Positions 39,679-55,100 of a stretch of 64,000 bases of DNA are shown in pieces. The notes below the pieces were generated by a model. That model had not been told where the DNA came from, ran no database searches, and worked only from the letters and a program-made list of their open reading frames with translations. The DNA is from Balanoglossus misakiensis (lineage: Eukaryota > Animalia > Hemichordata), in assembly GCA_040954595.2 (NCBI GenBank), contig CM082593.2, positions 186,001-250,000 of the forward strand, in the 5' to 3' direction. The translations under genes and the position numbers were made by a program. Position 1 is the stretch's first letter. The number at the start of each line of letters is the position of its first letter.

Positions 39679-42600
39679 CGTTATTACCAGCCTGGACAGT
39701 AGGTTTTAAGAAAACGTGGGGGTGTTTAAAAGTTATTTGGGTAAAATTTTGAATCACTTTCTATGAACAATGTTCTACACACATTTTGGGCAGTTTTGTT
39801 CGCAAGGGACCACCCTCACACTGTCCTCATTCAACCTTTGGACATGACATCACTCAGTGAAATATATATATTTTGAGAAGATTGTCTTATTTTTGTCTGG
39901 TAAGGTGAAAGGTCATTTATGGGTGAAAATCCCAACTTGAGATGGAATATTTTCTGGGAATAAAACATTACAATATTTGTGGCATATTCATACTCTGTGT
40001 CATCATTATACTTTTAACAAATACTTCATTTGATGAAGTTCCATATCTGCAGGAATCAACCAGCCAATACACCATTTTCTTGAGCTTGAAGACAGAAGCA
40101 CGGACTTGGTACAGAATTGCATGAATATGGGTTATTAATTATGCAAGTCTCTCAGGGATTAAGGTTTTTGTGTTAAGATTACCATACCTGTTAACACGAA
40201 GTTCCAAGCAACCCCTTGATTTTTATTTCAACAATGTCCTTCTGAATTACAGAACAGCAGAGAAAAAGAAAGAAATTAAGATTCATTGCCAACATAAGAA
40301 TACAACAACTTCAGCATTCATAACTATCAACACATGATCAGAGACCCAATCTATAATCAAAAGGAACTTTAAAAAATTGTAACATTGAAATTTACACACA
40401 TGATTATATTGTCCCAATTTATGAATTTTGGTCAATAACTGCTTTGAAGTGACGAATTATACAATACACTTTTGAACTTTGCATGCATGTCTTGATGTAT
40501 ACACTTGATCATGTGAAAAATACAGAAATGCCCCAATGGCATTTTTACACATGGTAAAATGCATCTAATATTTATGCATGTAACCAGACATTTGAAAGAA
40601 TAGTTCATATGCTGATGCGGGAAATTTGTGAATGTATATTCATGTGAGGAAACCTTCATATGGGAAGTCTATTCTGTGCTGTGGTCTGCACATGTGGAAA
40701 GACTGTAAAGATATGTGCAGTACTGACATGTATTGTGTAGAAAGAATGAGAAAAGGACATGTGGCAACTCAAAGTCTCAAGTTCGGTGTGGGTCAGAACA
40801 ACTTCTCTCAGACACTCAGCATTCTCAAGGTACCTAAACCACTAAAGTGTGACTACAATAGTCATCAAATAAACCCTATCCTGCCTGAAACATTTCCTGG
40901 GACATGAGTTAATCTTCTGTATGTTTCTATTTCATTTTGCATCATTACACGAAATATGAAGGAAATCAAAAGTGACTGGATTCGAAAGGTTCTTTGCTCT
41001 GAAGGTAACCTCAAATTTAACTGCTTCCATGCTTAATAATTTCAAAGGATAAAAAAGATTTGATAGGCCTGAACGTCCAGAAGTACACAAGGTGGACAAA
41101 AGGTAACCCCCTGGCTGGAAATACTCGCCTAGAAATCACACACCAGGCTGAGAATGTTAACAACTTTTAAGTCAAACAACAAAGAGATGACATACATAAC
41201 AAAATTATCAATTTTGGCAATATAAAGATAAACATATCAATTCTATAGAGAGAGTTTCCTGAGATTAGGATCCACTAAATGAGGCAATGCATTATTTACA
41301 TCTTGTAGAAACTATTACAAGACACAAAACCTGGAATCATAAGAGAAAACACTATCCAAGAACAACAAAACTTTCACTTAATTGAAAGGAAAATGTAACA
41401 ATTTCTGTAACATGAAGAGTGATACTATATTTGTGCAATTTATTAAAAACTTCCTTCTTTAAGATTAAAAAATTAAACTTGGACATTAACAAGGAAATAT
41501 TGAAAATGTGACCTACTTTCATTTGTAAATATCTCTGTACAGTTTGATTTCATTCTAGTATTTTTAAACTTTACTGTATATTCACCCAGCAGTCCTAGAA
41601 GGGGAAAATTAAATAAATAAATCAAACTAACTCAAAGTGGTTTTGTTTGAAGAACATATAGCCATACATTGCAAGATAATTCAAATATGTAAATTTCTAA
41701 TTACCTTACCTTCGGCTGATCAGACTTTAATGGAAGTAGTTTTGTAGAAAGTTAGAGGAATGTGGTGAAAGAAAATCGTTTCATTTGAAGACCAAGATAA
41801 ATGCCAGAAAAGAAAATTACTTTGCTTCTTAAATATGTCTGGTGTAGCTTTTTTTATCCATGTTAGTTTAACAACTCAATCAGTATTCTATTCATGCAGT
41901 TAAATCCCTCATCCTCTTGTTAGTGTTTTAGAGTGTTCTGGGACCAGCAACACTCACAAGTATGGCTGCCTTAAATAGGTTTTCACTTTGTGCTAGGGGG
42001 TCAAATATCACTTAAATTAGCTTATGAACTTCATTTTCTTAAACATGGCCAAAATCGGCCATCTTGAAACTGTGTTGCCCATTTGAGATTTTCATCACTC
42101 ACCTAGGTAGCAAAAACCTATTTGAGGTAGTGAGAATTAAACACATCTATCATTCTTCCATGTGGATGAATAAATTTGATGCATCATTATTTGAAAAAAC
42201 ATAACTTACTGCAGAAACAACACAATTTTCTTCAATATCCTTATCAAGCTCAATGAAAGATGTATCCAATTTTGCTTTGAATGACATGTGATTGTGATAC
42301 AAATATCAAAAAAACAAATAATTGTCAATATTGCACAAATACTGAGAAAATGCTGTCAATAATCAATGTGATAAAAAGGTACTGGGAAATAAAAACTATC
42401 ATACAGATTAATTTTTCATAAAATATAATTAATCTGATAAATTTTAGGTCAACATTCCCGACTACTGAAATTTCTCGAGATAAGATTGAAACTGCAAGTG
42501 TGACTCGACACACAATTGTCAAAGTGTGTGTGTTACACTTTTTGTTATTATCAGAAAGTTGGTAAACATGTGTAACGAATATTGAATGAAGACTACATAC

Positions 42601-43150
42601 ACTTCTTCTATTCCAGTAGGGCTTAATCTGCAGGGAACCATACAAAATTTATCATGAGTACCATTTTCTTGAATACTCCTATACAAGTACAAATTTTGTA
42701 ACATCTGTCCTGACACTGCAAAAAAAAACATTACATCCATACATTAACTGCAAAAATGTGAAACACAATTCCCACTGATATCACCAAACGCTCACCTGGA
42801 GCTGACCATTGTCAAAACTGGCCTTGGAGTGTAACACATTTGCTTACATTCTTCTTAGGTTCACACTAAAAATTTAAACCAAAATTTTTCTAAAAATATA
42901 CTTTCTGTTTTATCTTCTCATGCCAGTACAATGTACATGAATTGTACGACTTCATTCTTGCAACAACATTTTGACCCTTGTCCAAACCTAAAAGGTCACC
43001 AGACAATTTAAAGGTACACATTCTCTAACAAGGAAGAAAAAACTTACGTTAGATTTACATAAATGGAGAATAAGCTTCATCATTATCGTATAAACTTCCC
43101 AATGGGTGAAAATAAAACCCTGATCAGTAAATGGGAAGGTATAATTACAT

Positions 43151-46100
43151 TTATACAAGCTGTCCTCTAAAAATTTGTTTTGGTCGTTTAAGTACCCATC
43201 TCCATCTTATCCGTTTGTAGCGTCCAGCACTTCCGTCATCATGATCCTCTGGAAAATCTTCCGTGAAGTCTAGATTATCCAGGACTTCATATGCTCTCAC
43301 TTTACGACCATACTGTGGATTACATCAACAACATAAACAGTTTCATTTTGTATCATTCTGGGCAAGACTTGGAAGTAAATCAGATGGCAAGCAATATGAG
43401 GTCTGGCAGGGCCATGAAGATTATGTCAATAATTTTGCAGGATTATTTTGGTTTCTCGGATGACCTTTCCTTCTTTCTTTTTAATCATCAGAAAAAAATA
43501 TAGTTAAAAAAAAGAACAGCATTAAAGTCTTACTGTCCCTTTTTTGCTTACCTCCTCTGTCCACTGTGTAAATGGTTTCTCCCAGTTATCAACCCTTTCC
43601 ATATGCAAGTAAGTGTTGAAAAGTATCAAATAAATGTATCTTTCAAGATAGTAGACACTTTGTCTGCGATATGCAGCAGCATCTTCTTCTGTCTTCGCTG
43701 TTTTTGTCTGCAGACAAGAAAAAATTACCATTTGTTAAAACCGTTGAATACATGTAAATGTAACATGATAGTCACAAGATTCAAAAGTCTACAACCATAT
43801 CGATAGACTCAAACCATGACATGCAGTCACATGGACATCACATGATAGTCACAGGCCATATAGACATGCAGTCACATGAACATCACATGATAGATCTCAC
43901 CTTATTAAATGTGGAAAATATGACTTCCCTCGCATGATAATGCATGGGTGTCATAGTCTCTGAGCATTTGTCCAAAATGAAGTCAACTTCTCTCTTGATT
44001 TGAGTTCCATTTGGTAACTGCCTAACCAATCTTTGCACACACTGTAAAACAGAATAGTAAGTCAATATAACTCAATGCCATGTTTGAAATTATTGCCCAC
44101 CCACATGCCTTAGACCAGTAACTATGCAGAAAAAATTAAACTTATAGATGGATAAACAAAAACCATCAGTCAGAGAGTAGGTTACAGGACCTTGGTATAA
44201 TGTGCTGACCAACTGGTATAACCAAGAAACAGACAGGGCATCTAAATAAAAATCCTGCACTTATTATTATCTGACTGTGTTTATGAAATGTTCACTATTT
44301 AATATTAATTATAGTTTTCATACAAACTTTAAAAACTATACATAAAATGTCAACTCACAATAAATTCTCCTTTGGTATACTCAGCATTGGGTAGACTGAC
44401 ATGTTCCTGCTCTCCAAGTTTACATCCGACCGGAAAACCCTGAAAAGTTACACGAAAGGTATAAAGTTGAGTCAGCAAAATTTACAATAACAAAAAACAG
44501 TATACAGAGTATGAGATCAGCTTTGACTGAATATTGCAGTGAACAGAACAACATAAATAATATATCCAAGAACCAAAATGACCATATAATGTCAAAAGTG
44601 ACTTCGCCCCCACAGAAACTATAGTATATGTCAATCTGAATCAATTTCTTACGACATGTGACATACTCTCATTGAATAAAACCAACTAAGAAATGTGCAA
44701 TTGCTATGGAGTGACATCAAAGCTGAAATTCAGACCTGCATTTTCGACTCACAACCTCCCATTTTCCAGTAGAAAATTCAGGTCTGCATTTTGGCCTTGA
44801 CTACGCTCCACATAAATGAACATCATGTGATGCATCTACCCATCAATCTACACAAACAAGCATACCCTTTTATGCCACATGATTAAGCCAGCTATTGCCA
44901 TGGCTGTTGTTGTTCTGTCCTTTCCATCATGACAATTAAACAACAACGCAGGACCGTCTTCATCAGTGTGGATTTCATCCAAGCCTTTGATCACCGACAA
45001 CAGTAGATCGTAGTGCTAAAACAGAAAACCCAATAAGGAAAAGGGATTAGTGTCATGTGATTAGCATGCAGTAATCAAAACATTCATTTCTACGACTTTC
45101 CCAGAATTGACATTTCAGGAGTACACACACACCCTGCCAAATTAATACTGGCATTTTAGTATCAGAGTTTCCTACCTCCTCAGTGGGTGAACACTCCTCT
45201 TGCATTGGCATTCTATAATACCGAAGTTGAGGGGTTTGCTTTATTTGGTGTTCATTCATTTCCCTTGCAGTCAGTATACTTGTAAATTCTTTGGGCTCCC
45301 TAGGTTGGTTTGTCTCTTGATAAACCTTTAAAATATATACAATCATGTAACTTTAAGATGTGTTCACTTTTTTAAAAACAGAGACAATAAACACTGTACA
45401 TACATCAAAAAGGCATGGTCACTTGGTCAAAAAACTGCCCTCAGTGGTCTCTCGGTTTGAGTATATTTAGACAGATTCAGAATGTTGTGATCTTGACATG
45501 AAAGATGATAACAAGACAGAAAAGAAAGCAAAAAAACATACTTGCACTGGTTTTCTGTTCTTCAGTATTTCAGCTTTGAGAAGAGCTTCCTTCCTCTGTA
45601 AAAAATTAATTTCGTAATGATACTTTTACAACTTAGTGGATGATGTTCCTTGTCCGTGAGTATTTCTATGCATTGAAGAGTTACACACACGGAAACTATG
45701 GCTTTAACAATCAATTAAAGCAATGGATTTGTTGGATCAAACCATCAGATATAATATTGTATGTTGTGAGATTTTTACACTAATAATACTTGCCTCAATT
45801 TCTTTGGCTTCAATTCCAGGCATATTGATATTTTCTGATAAATTAGATGGTTCTCTTGGTGTGTATGTCTCTCCATCACAATCAATAACAACATCCTCTC
45901 TTAGGTTAAAAGACACTACAATAGGGTGACCATGCTTCTTGTCCATCAATGTCTGGACAACCTTTGACAAACCCTGGGAGTAAACATACAATAACACAAT
46001 CACTCCTCAAAACCTACCTGAACCAAAACCTGTCTAAACTTAAGATTCAGAATGAACACCTTTTCAAGTTAAGAAACATCAAGATATTTAAATTCTTGAA

Positions 46101-49100
46101 ATATTTAGAAATCTTATTATTCTTTCAAAACATTAGATGGCAGTAGATCCCATCTTGAAACTAAAAAGTCACACGACTGCCTTTATCTAATCTGTCCTCA
46201 TGGCAACATAATTAATGAACAAAGCCAGTGTGATTTTCAGATCACAAAAAAATACTGACCTCTCTGCATGGCTGGGCCATTCCATACACATTCAATCCAG
46301 GCACTTTTCTGAAGTTCGGGACTTTGACTTCACGGAATGAACTTAGGACATCAAGCCCAATAAAATCATCAGAAACCTGCAATAAAAATCAAAAGTTGCA
46401 AATCTCCCCCACATTTGCTGTAAATCTTTCTGTTTCTGTTAAATCATCCATGTTTCTATTTTGACACTAGAGGGTGCTGTTCACTTACCAAATATCTGGT
46501 TCCCTTGGTGATGAGATCAGCTGAAGTCTTTCTCTCAGATATATCAATATTGCTCAACAGCCTGTACAAATATGGCCGCCTGTACATCCACTCAGTAAAC
46601 GATTGTGTAAACATTAGACGAAACTGCAAATGAAATCAAGGATATTTCCTTACGGTTTACGAATTTCACATTTATTTATTAGTAAAAAACAAAATTATGT
46701 CTTTGCTGAAAATGTCAGAAGGTATTGGATATTGATTCAACATTCTAAATAAGCCTCTGGTTGGTTAAAATGTTCAAAGTTGGTCTGTACTCACCTGTTC
46801 GTGAAGGTAGGTATTAAACACAATTAGAAAGAAATATCTTTCTAAATGTTTGAGGGCTTTCTTATGAAAGTATTCTTTGGCACTGTAACCCTGTAATATC
46901 AATAAAATAACGTCCAATATTTAATAGCTAGTCCATTACATTTCCATGGAAAAAAAGTCATGAGACTTGAGTTCATGTTACAATTGAAGGACCAATCATA
47001 CCCTTACATCTAATCATATGATACTCTCTTAACCAATCATATACCATTTAATCATGTTATACTCAGACTATTATCCAATCATACACTTACATCTATTTCA
47101 TAGTCCTCTTTGATTCCTTCCAATTTTTTCTTGCATTCAAAAATTTCTGAGCGTACATTTTCTAGGTCAGCACAAAGATCAATGATGACATCGACCTAAC
47201 AAGTACAGAATAAAGTTTTTAATGTTTTGCACATTTGTCAATGGTGGAATGAAGTTTATAAAGGAAATCTGAAACAGAAATACAAATATGATGACCATAA
47301 ATTTATGCAATTCAACATCTATTAGTTGTAGGATTAAGAAATCAAGAAAGAGCTGCATAACAGTACCTCTCGCTTCACCAGTGGTCCATTGGGCAGATAA
47401 TCTAACAACAAACGTATGATGTGAAACTCTCCTCTTTCAAAGTTTGCATTTCTTTCATTGATAGGATATGGCACTTTGCTGCAAATCAGAAATAAAAGTG
47501 CTATAACACATTGACTTGACTAATGTTTGTTTGCTTTATATGTGCTGATGGCAAAGAAACAGTAATTCAAATAATGAGTCTTATTACACCCTAGCTACTG
47601 TTCAACACGTCATTTGAATTTTTATTACTCCATTATGCCCCACCCTGAATTTTAATTGGAAAACTGTATTCCTTTAATCGTTGAGAGCCAGCTAAGAAAT
47701 CCCCACCCACACCCAACCCTGGACAAATTTAAATCAAACTTACTGAGCTTCCTGTGGAAAGCCACGCTTATGGGAAAGTACCAAACATCCCATCACCATG
47801 CCAACTGTTGTCCTGGTGATGCCAACATGTCCATTGAAGACAAAAGCAGGTAAAGATGATTCATCTTGGTCAAATAATCGTGGATATTCCTGAAAAAAGA
47901 GCAATTATCAATGTTGATATTTTAACAGTTAACCCTTTCAAGACTATGGTTGAGTCCAAACCCATTGTTTTCTTATGGTAAGGTTGGACTTCTTAAGAGG
48001 GGAACTGGGGGTGAAAGGGTTAATGGATGTCAAAGAAACAACATACACGGAAAATTGCTCTCCTTAAGAACAAGATGAGGAAAAGGCTCTTGTTTCACAT
48101 AGTGAAAGGATATCAAGAACATAATTGATTTCATTTCATGAACTGGGGTACACAGCATAACCATGTGTACATTAAATTCACTAAATTTTTAGTTTAAATG
48201 TCATCTGGTCATATGGGGACTGAAGTTAATATTTTAGTACATTTTGCTTTTCATAACCAATCTTTTGTAAATTAACAACCTGTCTAAAGCTTCACAATCA
48301 CATGATTAATAATATTTGGTTATTCATGAGAAATATTCATGAACATTATCAGTTTGATTGCACAACATATTTAGGTCTTTGGCGTAATTTACGCTCTAGC
48401 TCGGGACAAAGAGAAGACATGTTGATTGTGCCAGTCCTGAGTGAGACCAAATCTTAGTCATGGCAAGGTCTGAGATGGTTTATACTTCTGAATTATATTT
48501 GAGTTCAGTTTAAAGTTTTCACTCCACAAATTCTTATAAATAATAGTATCATTACAACACAATGGTTTAATACCCATGAATACCTTCAGAGTACTGAGAA
48601 ATGTGTCGATGTCTCTCTCATCAAGAAAACCTTCGGATGGCATTGGTAAGCGCAGATACCGTGCTCCAGCCACTGATACCGTGTATCGAGAATAGACTTC
48701 TTCTGTGACAGAAATCTCTTCTTCAAACTCAAGATGATAAACATGAGGATCGTCTGCAAAATCTTCAACATCATCATAAAAATAAAACTGGTTGTCTTCT
48801 TCTCTTGTGGCGAAATCAAGAATCTACAAATAAAAATTAGACATTTTATTTAGTTGGGGGATTTAGAACTTTGATAGTTGACAGAAAACTATAATTCCTG
48901 AAACCGCCTGTTTTTGTACCACATCCTCAATGTGATATCAGTCTAATAACCTCATTTCTGAGTATATACCCGGTACTCATCACTTTCAAGGCTATTTAGG
49001 TCAATGTGAAATATATAAGTAGGATATCAATCATTTTTACACAAGACAGTTTAAATTAAAATCGCAAAATCTATCTATGAACCTCACATTTATAATTAGT

Positions 49101-52100
49101 TCAGCTGCTCTGGCAATGCTATGTACAGTACCGTGTATTAAGGGTTTACAGCATTTGAAAATACCAGCAAAGTTCACAAAGGTAATGGGAGCATTCTGCT
49201 CTGTTGATATTTAGTATCAAGAAAACTGACTTTTAATCAGCATTCTGCTTATCTTTGATTGATTTCAATTTGATTGAAAGTAGTTTTCTGGCCATTGAAG
49301 TATAGTTTAAATGTCAAACTATTTACACAATGATCCAGAAAAGAGGTTGAACTCCAGCAAAGGTGATACAGTTAGACTTTTGGCAACCCATGAAGCAGTT
49401 GAGTTTCAGATATCAATTTTGCTGCAATTTCATAAATAAGTTAAAAGTAATTTCATCATATCATTTGCTGTGTGCAGTTGTCATGAATAAAGTAAACATC
49501 TCTTAACATTTTGACATATCATTTTAAGTGATGAATATTTTGACATCATTTTGGATAAAAATAATTCTGTTAGTAAACATTGTATTTCACTTCCCGAAAG
49601 TGAGACTGATCAAGCAACTGTGACTCAATGTCACCTTGAAGATGTCTCCATGGAAACAAATAATGCATCATTTTCAGTAATACCTCTGCGAATTAAACTT
49701 GTGATTCATTGAGAATTCATTAAGTCATGTACGGAAAAACAATAAATGTTACAGTGACTGACTGATACCTGTTACTGGACCATGGATGTGAATGGATGAA
49801 ATACTTGGCTTATAGACAGACCACTGGCCATATTAGACCATACAGACTGACCAATGGTCATACTGGATTGTGCAGTTGAATGACAGTCGTGCTGGACCAT
49901 ATACAGATCAACTGATGCACGTACTCAATCATATTTGTCAAACACACAAGGAAAACCACTACATTTGTATGCACATGCAGCTGTATTGTGCCAATTCCAG
50001 TATGTTAGAGAAAAGGTTCTGGAGGGAATCGTATCGATATATACGGATGTAAGGATGGACAATGACATCCAAATTATGACTCCTTTTCAAGCTTACACCT
50101 ACCAGGAGCTCAAAAAACCACAGGGAAGGCATACGGCAATTTATATCAGAAATTACTCTTTATCCATAACTGTTTTTTTTTATGTCAAATCATAATGTTA
50201 TTCTAACATGGAGGTCCTACTGTGTTACTTTCAATAGCATTTTTACATTCATATATTGTATCGCTCTATTCCCTCACACCAAGCAATCTAAACCTCTCAT
50301 TAAAATGAATACTCCACCTCATCACACAGCTTCAGTTTCCATGACAACTCCACTGTTCACACTTTAGGGAGCAGAAGCTTTGTACATGATGAGAATGAAA
50401 TGCTAATGTTTACACTTGTTGCCATAGAGACCAGTATGTCTCGATCATGTCTGCCACGCCCATTACCAGACTACAGCTCAACAACATCCGTACACTACAG
50501 TGGCAGTGTGTCAATATTCGTGATCAAAGACTGTATAAATGGCCGTTACTAACACGATGCGTAAAATAGTCCTGAAATCATACAGCCTTGTCTCTTTGAC
50601 AGACGTGACATATTAGATCAATAGAGTTTGTGTGATTCTGGTGACTGATTTGAAAAGGGAATTCCGCTTTCAAGTTCTTTTCAGCAAAATCACTAAGTGT
50701 TCATGTTTCAAGAGTCAACAATATGTTTACTATCTTAACAAGCCACAGAGAATCAAAGTCTGATACTATATCCTACATGGTAACACATCACCTTACTTCT
50801 GTTAATGTTTCTGGTTCCATGTGCATGCTTTGTCTCATTTGAATATCAGGCATCTCAGCCAATCAGCACATTTGTCAACACGGTTCCAAGTGTCAATCAT
50901 TTCCACATTGTTGAAATTTTCAGACTTAACTTTTGCTGAATCTCAAATTCTAAAATGTTTAATTTCCTGTTTGGTATTGCATGCAAAAGGACAAGATAAT
51001 CCAAGCGACCTGCAAATGCATTCTGAGAACTGGAGAGAGATAACAATTCTAATTTACAAATGTCACTCATGTAAAGTGACTAAATATTACAGAAAAATGA
51101 CCCCTTTACATATTTAATATTGCTGACAAGATATGGAGATTTCAGACTTGATAAATGAAAGATTCCTAGTGAAATGTTATATTTCATTTTCATGAAATGT
51201 TTTACAAGTACAAGGACATGCTTCAGGATTGTCCATTTATGTGTTTTCTTTCATCTCTGTCCTATATTTCAAGTGTCTCTCGATCACCACACACATTCCC
51301 CACAGACACAACTGCGTCAGAAGATGACATAAAGTAGACATTAGCATATCAGTCACATCTCCCGGATATGACCACAAAACAATGTCACGAGTGTACTACC
51401 GGTACACACTCTGTAGAACAGTTCGACCAGCATAGCTCTCAGCGATTACTGCATGTTACTGTCTAGCTGTAAAATGTTTATTGCAAAAAAGTACAAAGTA
51501 AATAGGTCAGGTCATATTCCAAACAAGATTTACATATTAACCCTACATACCACTCAACACTTAGCCGGGCAGGGGAACTACAGCCACATGTGGGCTGTGG
51601 GGAAAACACACTTCTAAGGGAAAGAGGAGGCTTCGCATTTGAATACCCAGAAAAAGAAATGCCATTTCTTCGCTTGGTTGCACATGATGTGCTCAATAAA
51701 CTGAAGAACACTGCCATATTTTTTTGTATATAGACAGGGTTTATGTCGCATTCCTGACCAAATCTTACCCATGGGAAAGATTTTTGTAACGGTTAAAGTC
51801 TTCCACATATTTTTACCATACATCGGTAATTTTCTTTAAGAAGAAGTGTGATAGGTAAAGACTATTTTAACTTTTGATCTTTCACCCACTTCCCCATAAG
51901 CAGGTCATGTTGAACAAACTTTGGCAATAGCAGTTTAGAATTTAGCATAAAATGTAATAGTCCATATGTCTAACAGCACATCTTGCAGGCGTTACTACCA
52001 TCTCTCATATTTTATTGTACTGTATTTTATTTTATGCGTGCAAATAAAAAGTTTACCTCTTTTCGTATTTCTACTTCTAGTTCTCTGATCTCTTCTACAG

Positions 52101-55100
52101 TCTTTCCATCACTTGAAATATTTTCTCCCAAATTATCAGCTTCTCTTGGAGTGTACGGAATAACATCATTTCTTTCACGCACAAAAATAACTGGCTCTTC
52201 CCTCGTATTGCATATAACCATATCCTGCAATTTAAGAACGAATAAAAAATTAATGTTTTTGCTTAATGTTTTTGAAAATACATTGTCAATATAGAGAATG
52301 GACACACAAACAAAGAAAGTTAAACTATAATGAACGCTGCCTGGATACATCATGCTTCAGGGATTTGAACGAGAAACTGCAGTAGATACACAAAACAAAA
52401 ATACAGAAAACATGGCAAAAAGTTACAGCTCTTGGAGCTTTTTAAAGAACAACATAAGAAACTCACAGAGTATCCATCATCTAAAAGAGACTCCAGAATT
52501 TGCCGAAGGCCTTGCAATGTTGGTTGTCCCATGCCATATACAGGATAGCCTCCATGGGCTCGTCGTAAATTTGGTGCTCCAAATGTCTTGCATGTGTTCA
52601 ATTCATCTATACCATTAAAATGATCCTTTACCATGAAATATTTATTCTGGAGGGGAAAAGAAAAGTACTAAGTTAGATTCTAAAAAAATAAGATGAAATA
52701 TGTTTTCAGATACTATGCTATGCTGATCATAAATGATAAAATATCTTCATCATATGCCACAGTGTAACCTGTAATCATCTGGAAAAGTCGCCTTCTCAAG
52801 ATGTGCTCCTGATTTGTGAAAAAGTCTTCAAATATCTTCAGATATTCAAAACAAACTGTCAGTTTCAACAACAGCTGATTTTAATATTTCTTTTAAATAT
52901 TACACAATGTACATAGTTCTCGTTCCTGGAATCTGAGCAATGTACTGGTATGAATATACATTGCGTCAGATTTTAATAGTTGCGTATTTCAAAATAAGCA
53001 CTGGACTTTGAAAGATCCAACTTCTATTGATTTTTCACAGCTGGTAGAGGATAAAGAAAGGGTATCAATTCTCATACATATCAATGGATTCATCTTCTAT
53101 TTCTGAGAATTTTTAATAATGTGCATTTGTCTGAATTGAATAGCCAAACTCACTATTGATAAATGTAGACAGTATTCAGCTTGATGTAACACCTTGCAAC
53201 CAAGTTTTTATTGATCGCTGAGGGATGTAATAACATCTCGTCCTACTGAAACACACTTGTCATGACATTATAAAAATAATCATTAAATTTTTGTGCATGT
53301 TATGATTGTGAAGTGATATCAGGCAGCTGTGCTCTGTACAATTATGTCTGGCAAATTGATTCACAGAATATTTGAATGGTTAGTAATGTATCACCAATGA
53401 TGTTCTTTTCCTTGCATTTCACACTTTAAAGAATTCATGACTTGTTGCTAAGGAGACTCATCAACATTACGAAAGAAGCGATTAAAGTGAACTTTGACCT
53501 GGTATTGTTTCATAAATCTTTGTCCAATCACAGGTTATGTATGATAGCCCTGATATCAATATCTTGCTGATGCCAACACCTCTTGTTGATTGCCAAAAAA
53601 CACCGATCCTAACATCAGATAAACACACACTATCAATGACTCATCTCACAAGATTAAAGACTGACTTCTTATTTCAATCATTGCATAATGGTTTATTTCA
53701 ATAAATGAAACCTTGTTTGGCAGACTGGCTGTCATAGTAACTGTACACTCCTATAATTAGTATGATTCTGAGAAATGTGGTGACATTTTTTTAATCAGTT
53801 TTGATTAATGATACAATTCTAACCATCCATGTACTTTTTACTTGGATGGAAAAAGGTCTTTTATTTTAGATTTTAATTCTTCACTGAAAACAATCAGGGA
53901 TTAAACTGTTGATACTAGTAGCTGATTGTAACGCAAGGATTAATTAAATTCTGATTATGTTTTGAGGGAATGAAACCCAGCGCAGCGGTTGAAAATTAAA
54001 CAAAATTTGAAAAAGGTCTTCAGGGTCATAACAATTATCATCCAAAAGCAATCATCGTTTCTCAAATTGTGCCAAGAAGTCCACTCTGCAGCAGCTTGTA
54101 GTTCTGATAAAAATGCTTGATGTTCGAACGATGTGTTTATCTCTAATCTTGTTGTATTGGAGGTCACAGTTTCAATTAAGTCTTGGCATATCATGTTTTG
54201 ACACTGCTATCTGAAAAGAATGCAGACTAGTTCTGACAATCTAGATCCCGACCTCGGCAAGAAAACAGAATCCAAGAGCACAAAAATGAATTGTACCAGA
54301 TCTCCCATGTTACCAGGGCAACATCATGAAAACACTGACAGATAGGCTACCAGCAAGTTTTATATGTTGCGCACACACAAAATGTCTCAATATGTATTTA
54401 TGAGTACGTATTGAAAAGAAGCTGTGATTTACATATTAAATTGTTCAGTTCTGTTCCGCGGAGATATTGAAGCTCATGTCTCTGCTGGTTACCATGGTGA
54501 TCAGCAATCACATTAGCCATTCTCAGTAAACACCCCAAGAAAAACACAAATCTAACAATAGAAAGAAACTGCTGTTCTTCTCATCACATTTTGAGGAGCC
54601 ATCAGAGTTTATAAAACTTATGGGTGCTATGTTATAGGTACTTGTAAGTGAATGTGGATCAAATGTATTCCTTCATTGTGAGGTTTATTTTAGTGTGGCC
54701 ATGCAGGTCTTGGCTATATGTTGCCATTCTGAATTTGAGAGACCATTTAAGAACTGAAGACTTCACCAATTTCTAATAACGCAGACCCCAGCACGACTTC
54801 CCAGTTTACAGGCGACCGTGCCCTGGGAGACGAGCCTGGCAACTTCTACAGGGTTTTGGTGTCAGTGTTATCAGCAAGAAAGTATTCAATTATTTAGGTT
54901 ACAATGTTGACTTTATTTGGGATAATGAAGTAGGTTCACCAGTTGGTTGTCAGTAAACCATCCTGACCTGGAAGAAATGACAATTGTGCTAAATAGCTTG
55001 GTGCTGTGTTTGTATGTTGCATTGTATCTATCAAATAGTCAACATCACTGCTAGAAACATGTAAACTAGCCAACTGGAAAATATCTCAGAACCATCTACA

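Noticed and set aside
40000-43150. 3-kb AT-rich stretch between the convergent SLC35D and PALD1 genes
   Set aside because: No credible ORF or RNA gene; most simply 3'UTR and intergenic DNA.
43803-43890. Degenerate GACATGCAGTCACATG-type repeats, with similar CCAATCATA repeats at ~46990-47085
   Set aside because: Short, decayed intronic minisatellites with no further structure.
51478-51717. Minus-strand ATG ORF with a GTATGT donor inside paladin intron 3
   Set aside because: The donor is phase 2 while the next paladin exon needs phase 0, and the peptide resembles nothing I recognise.
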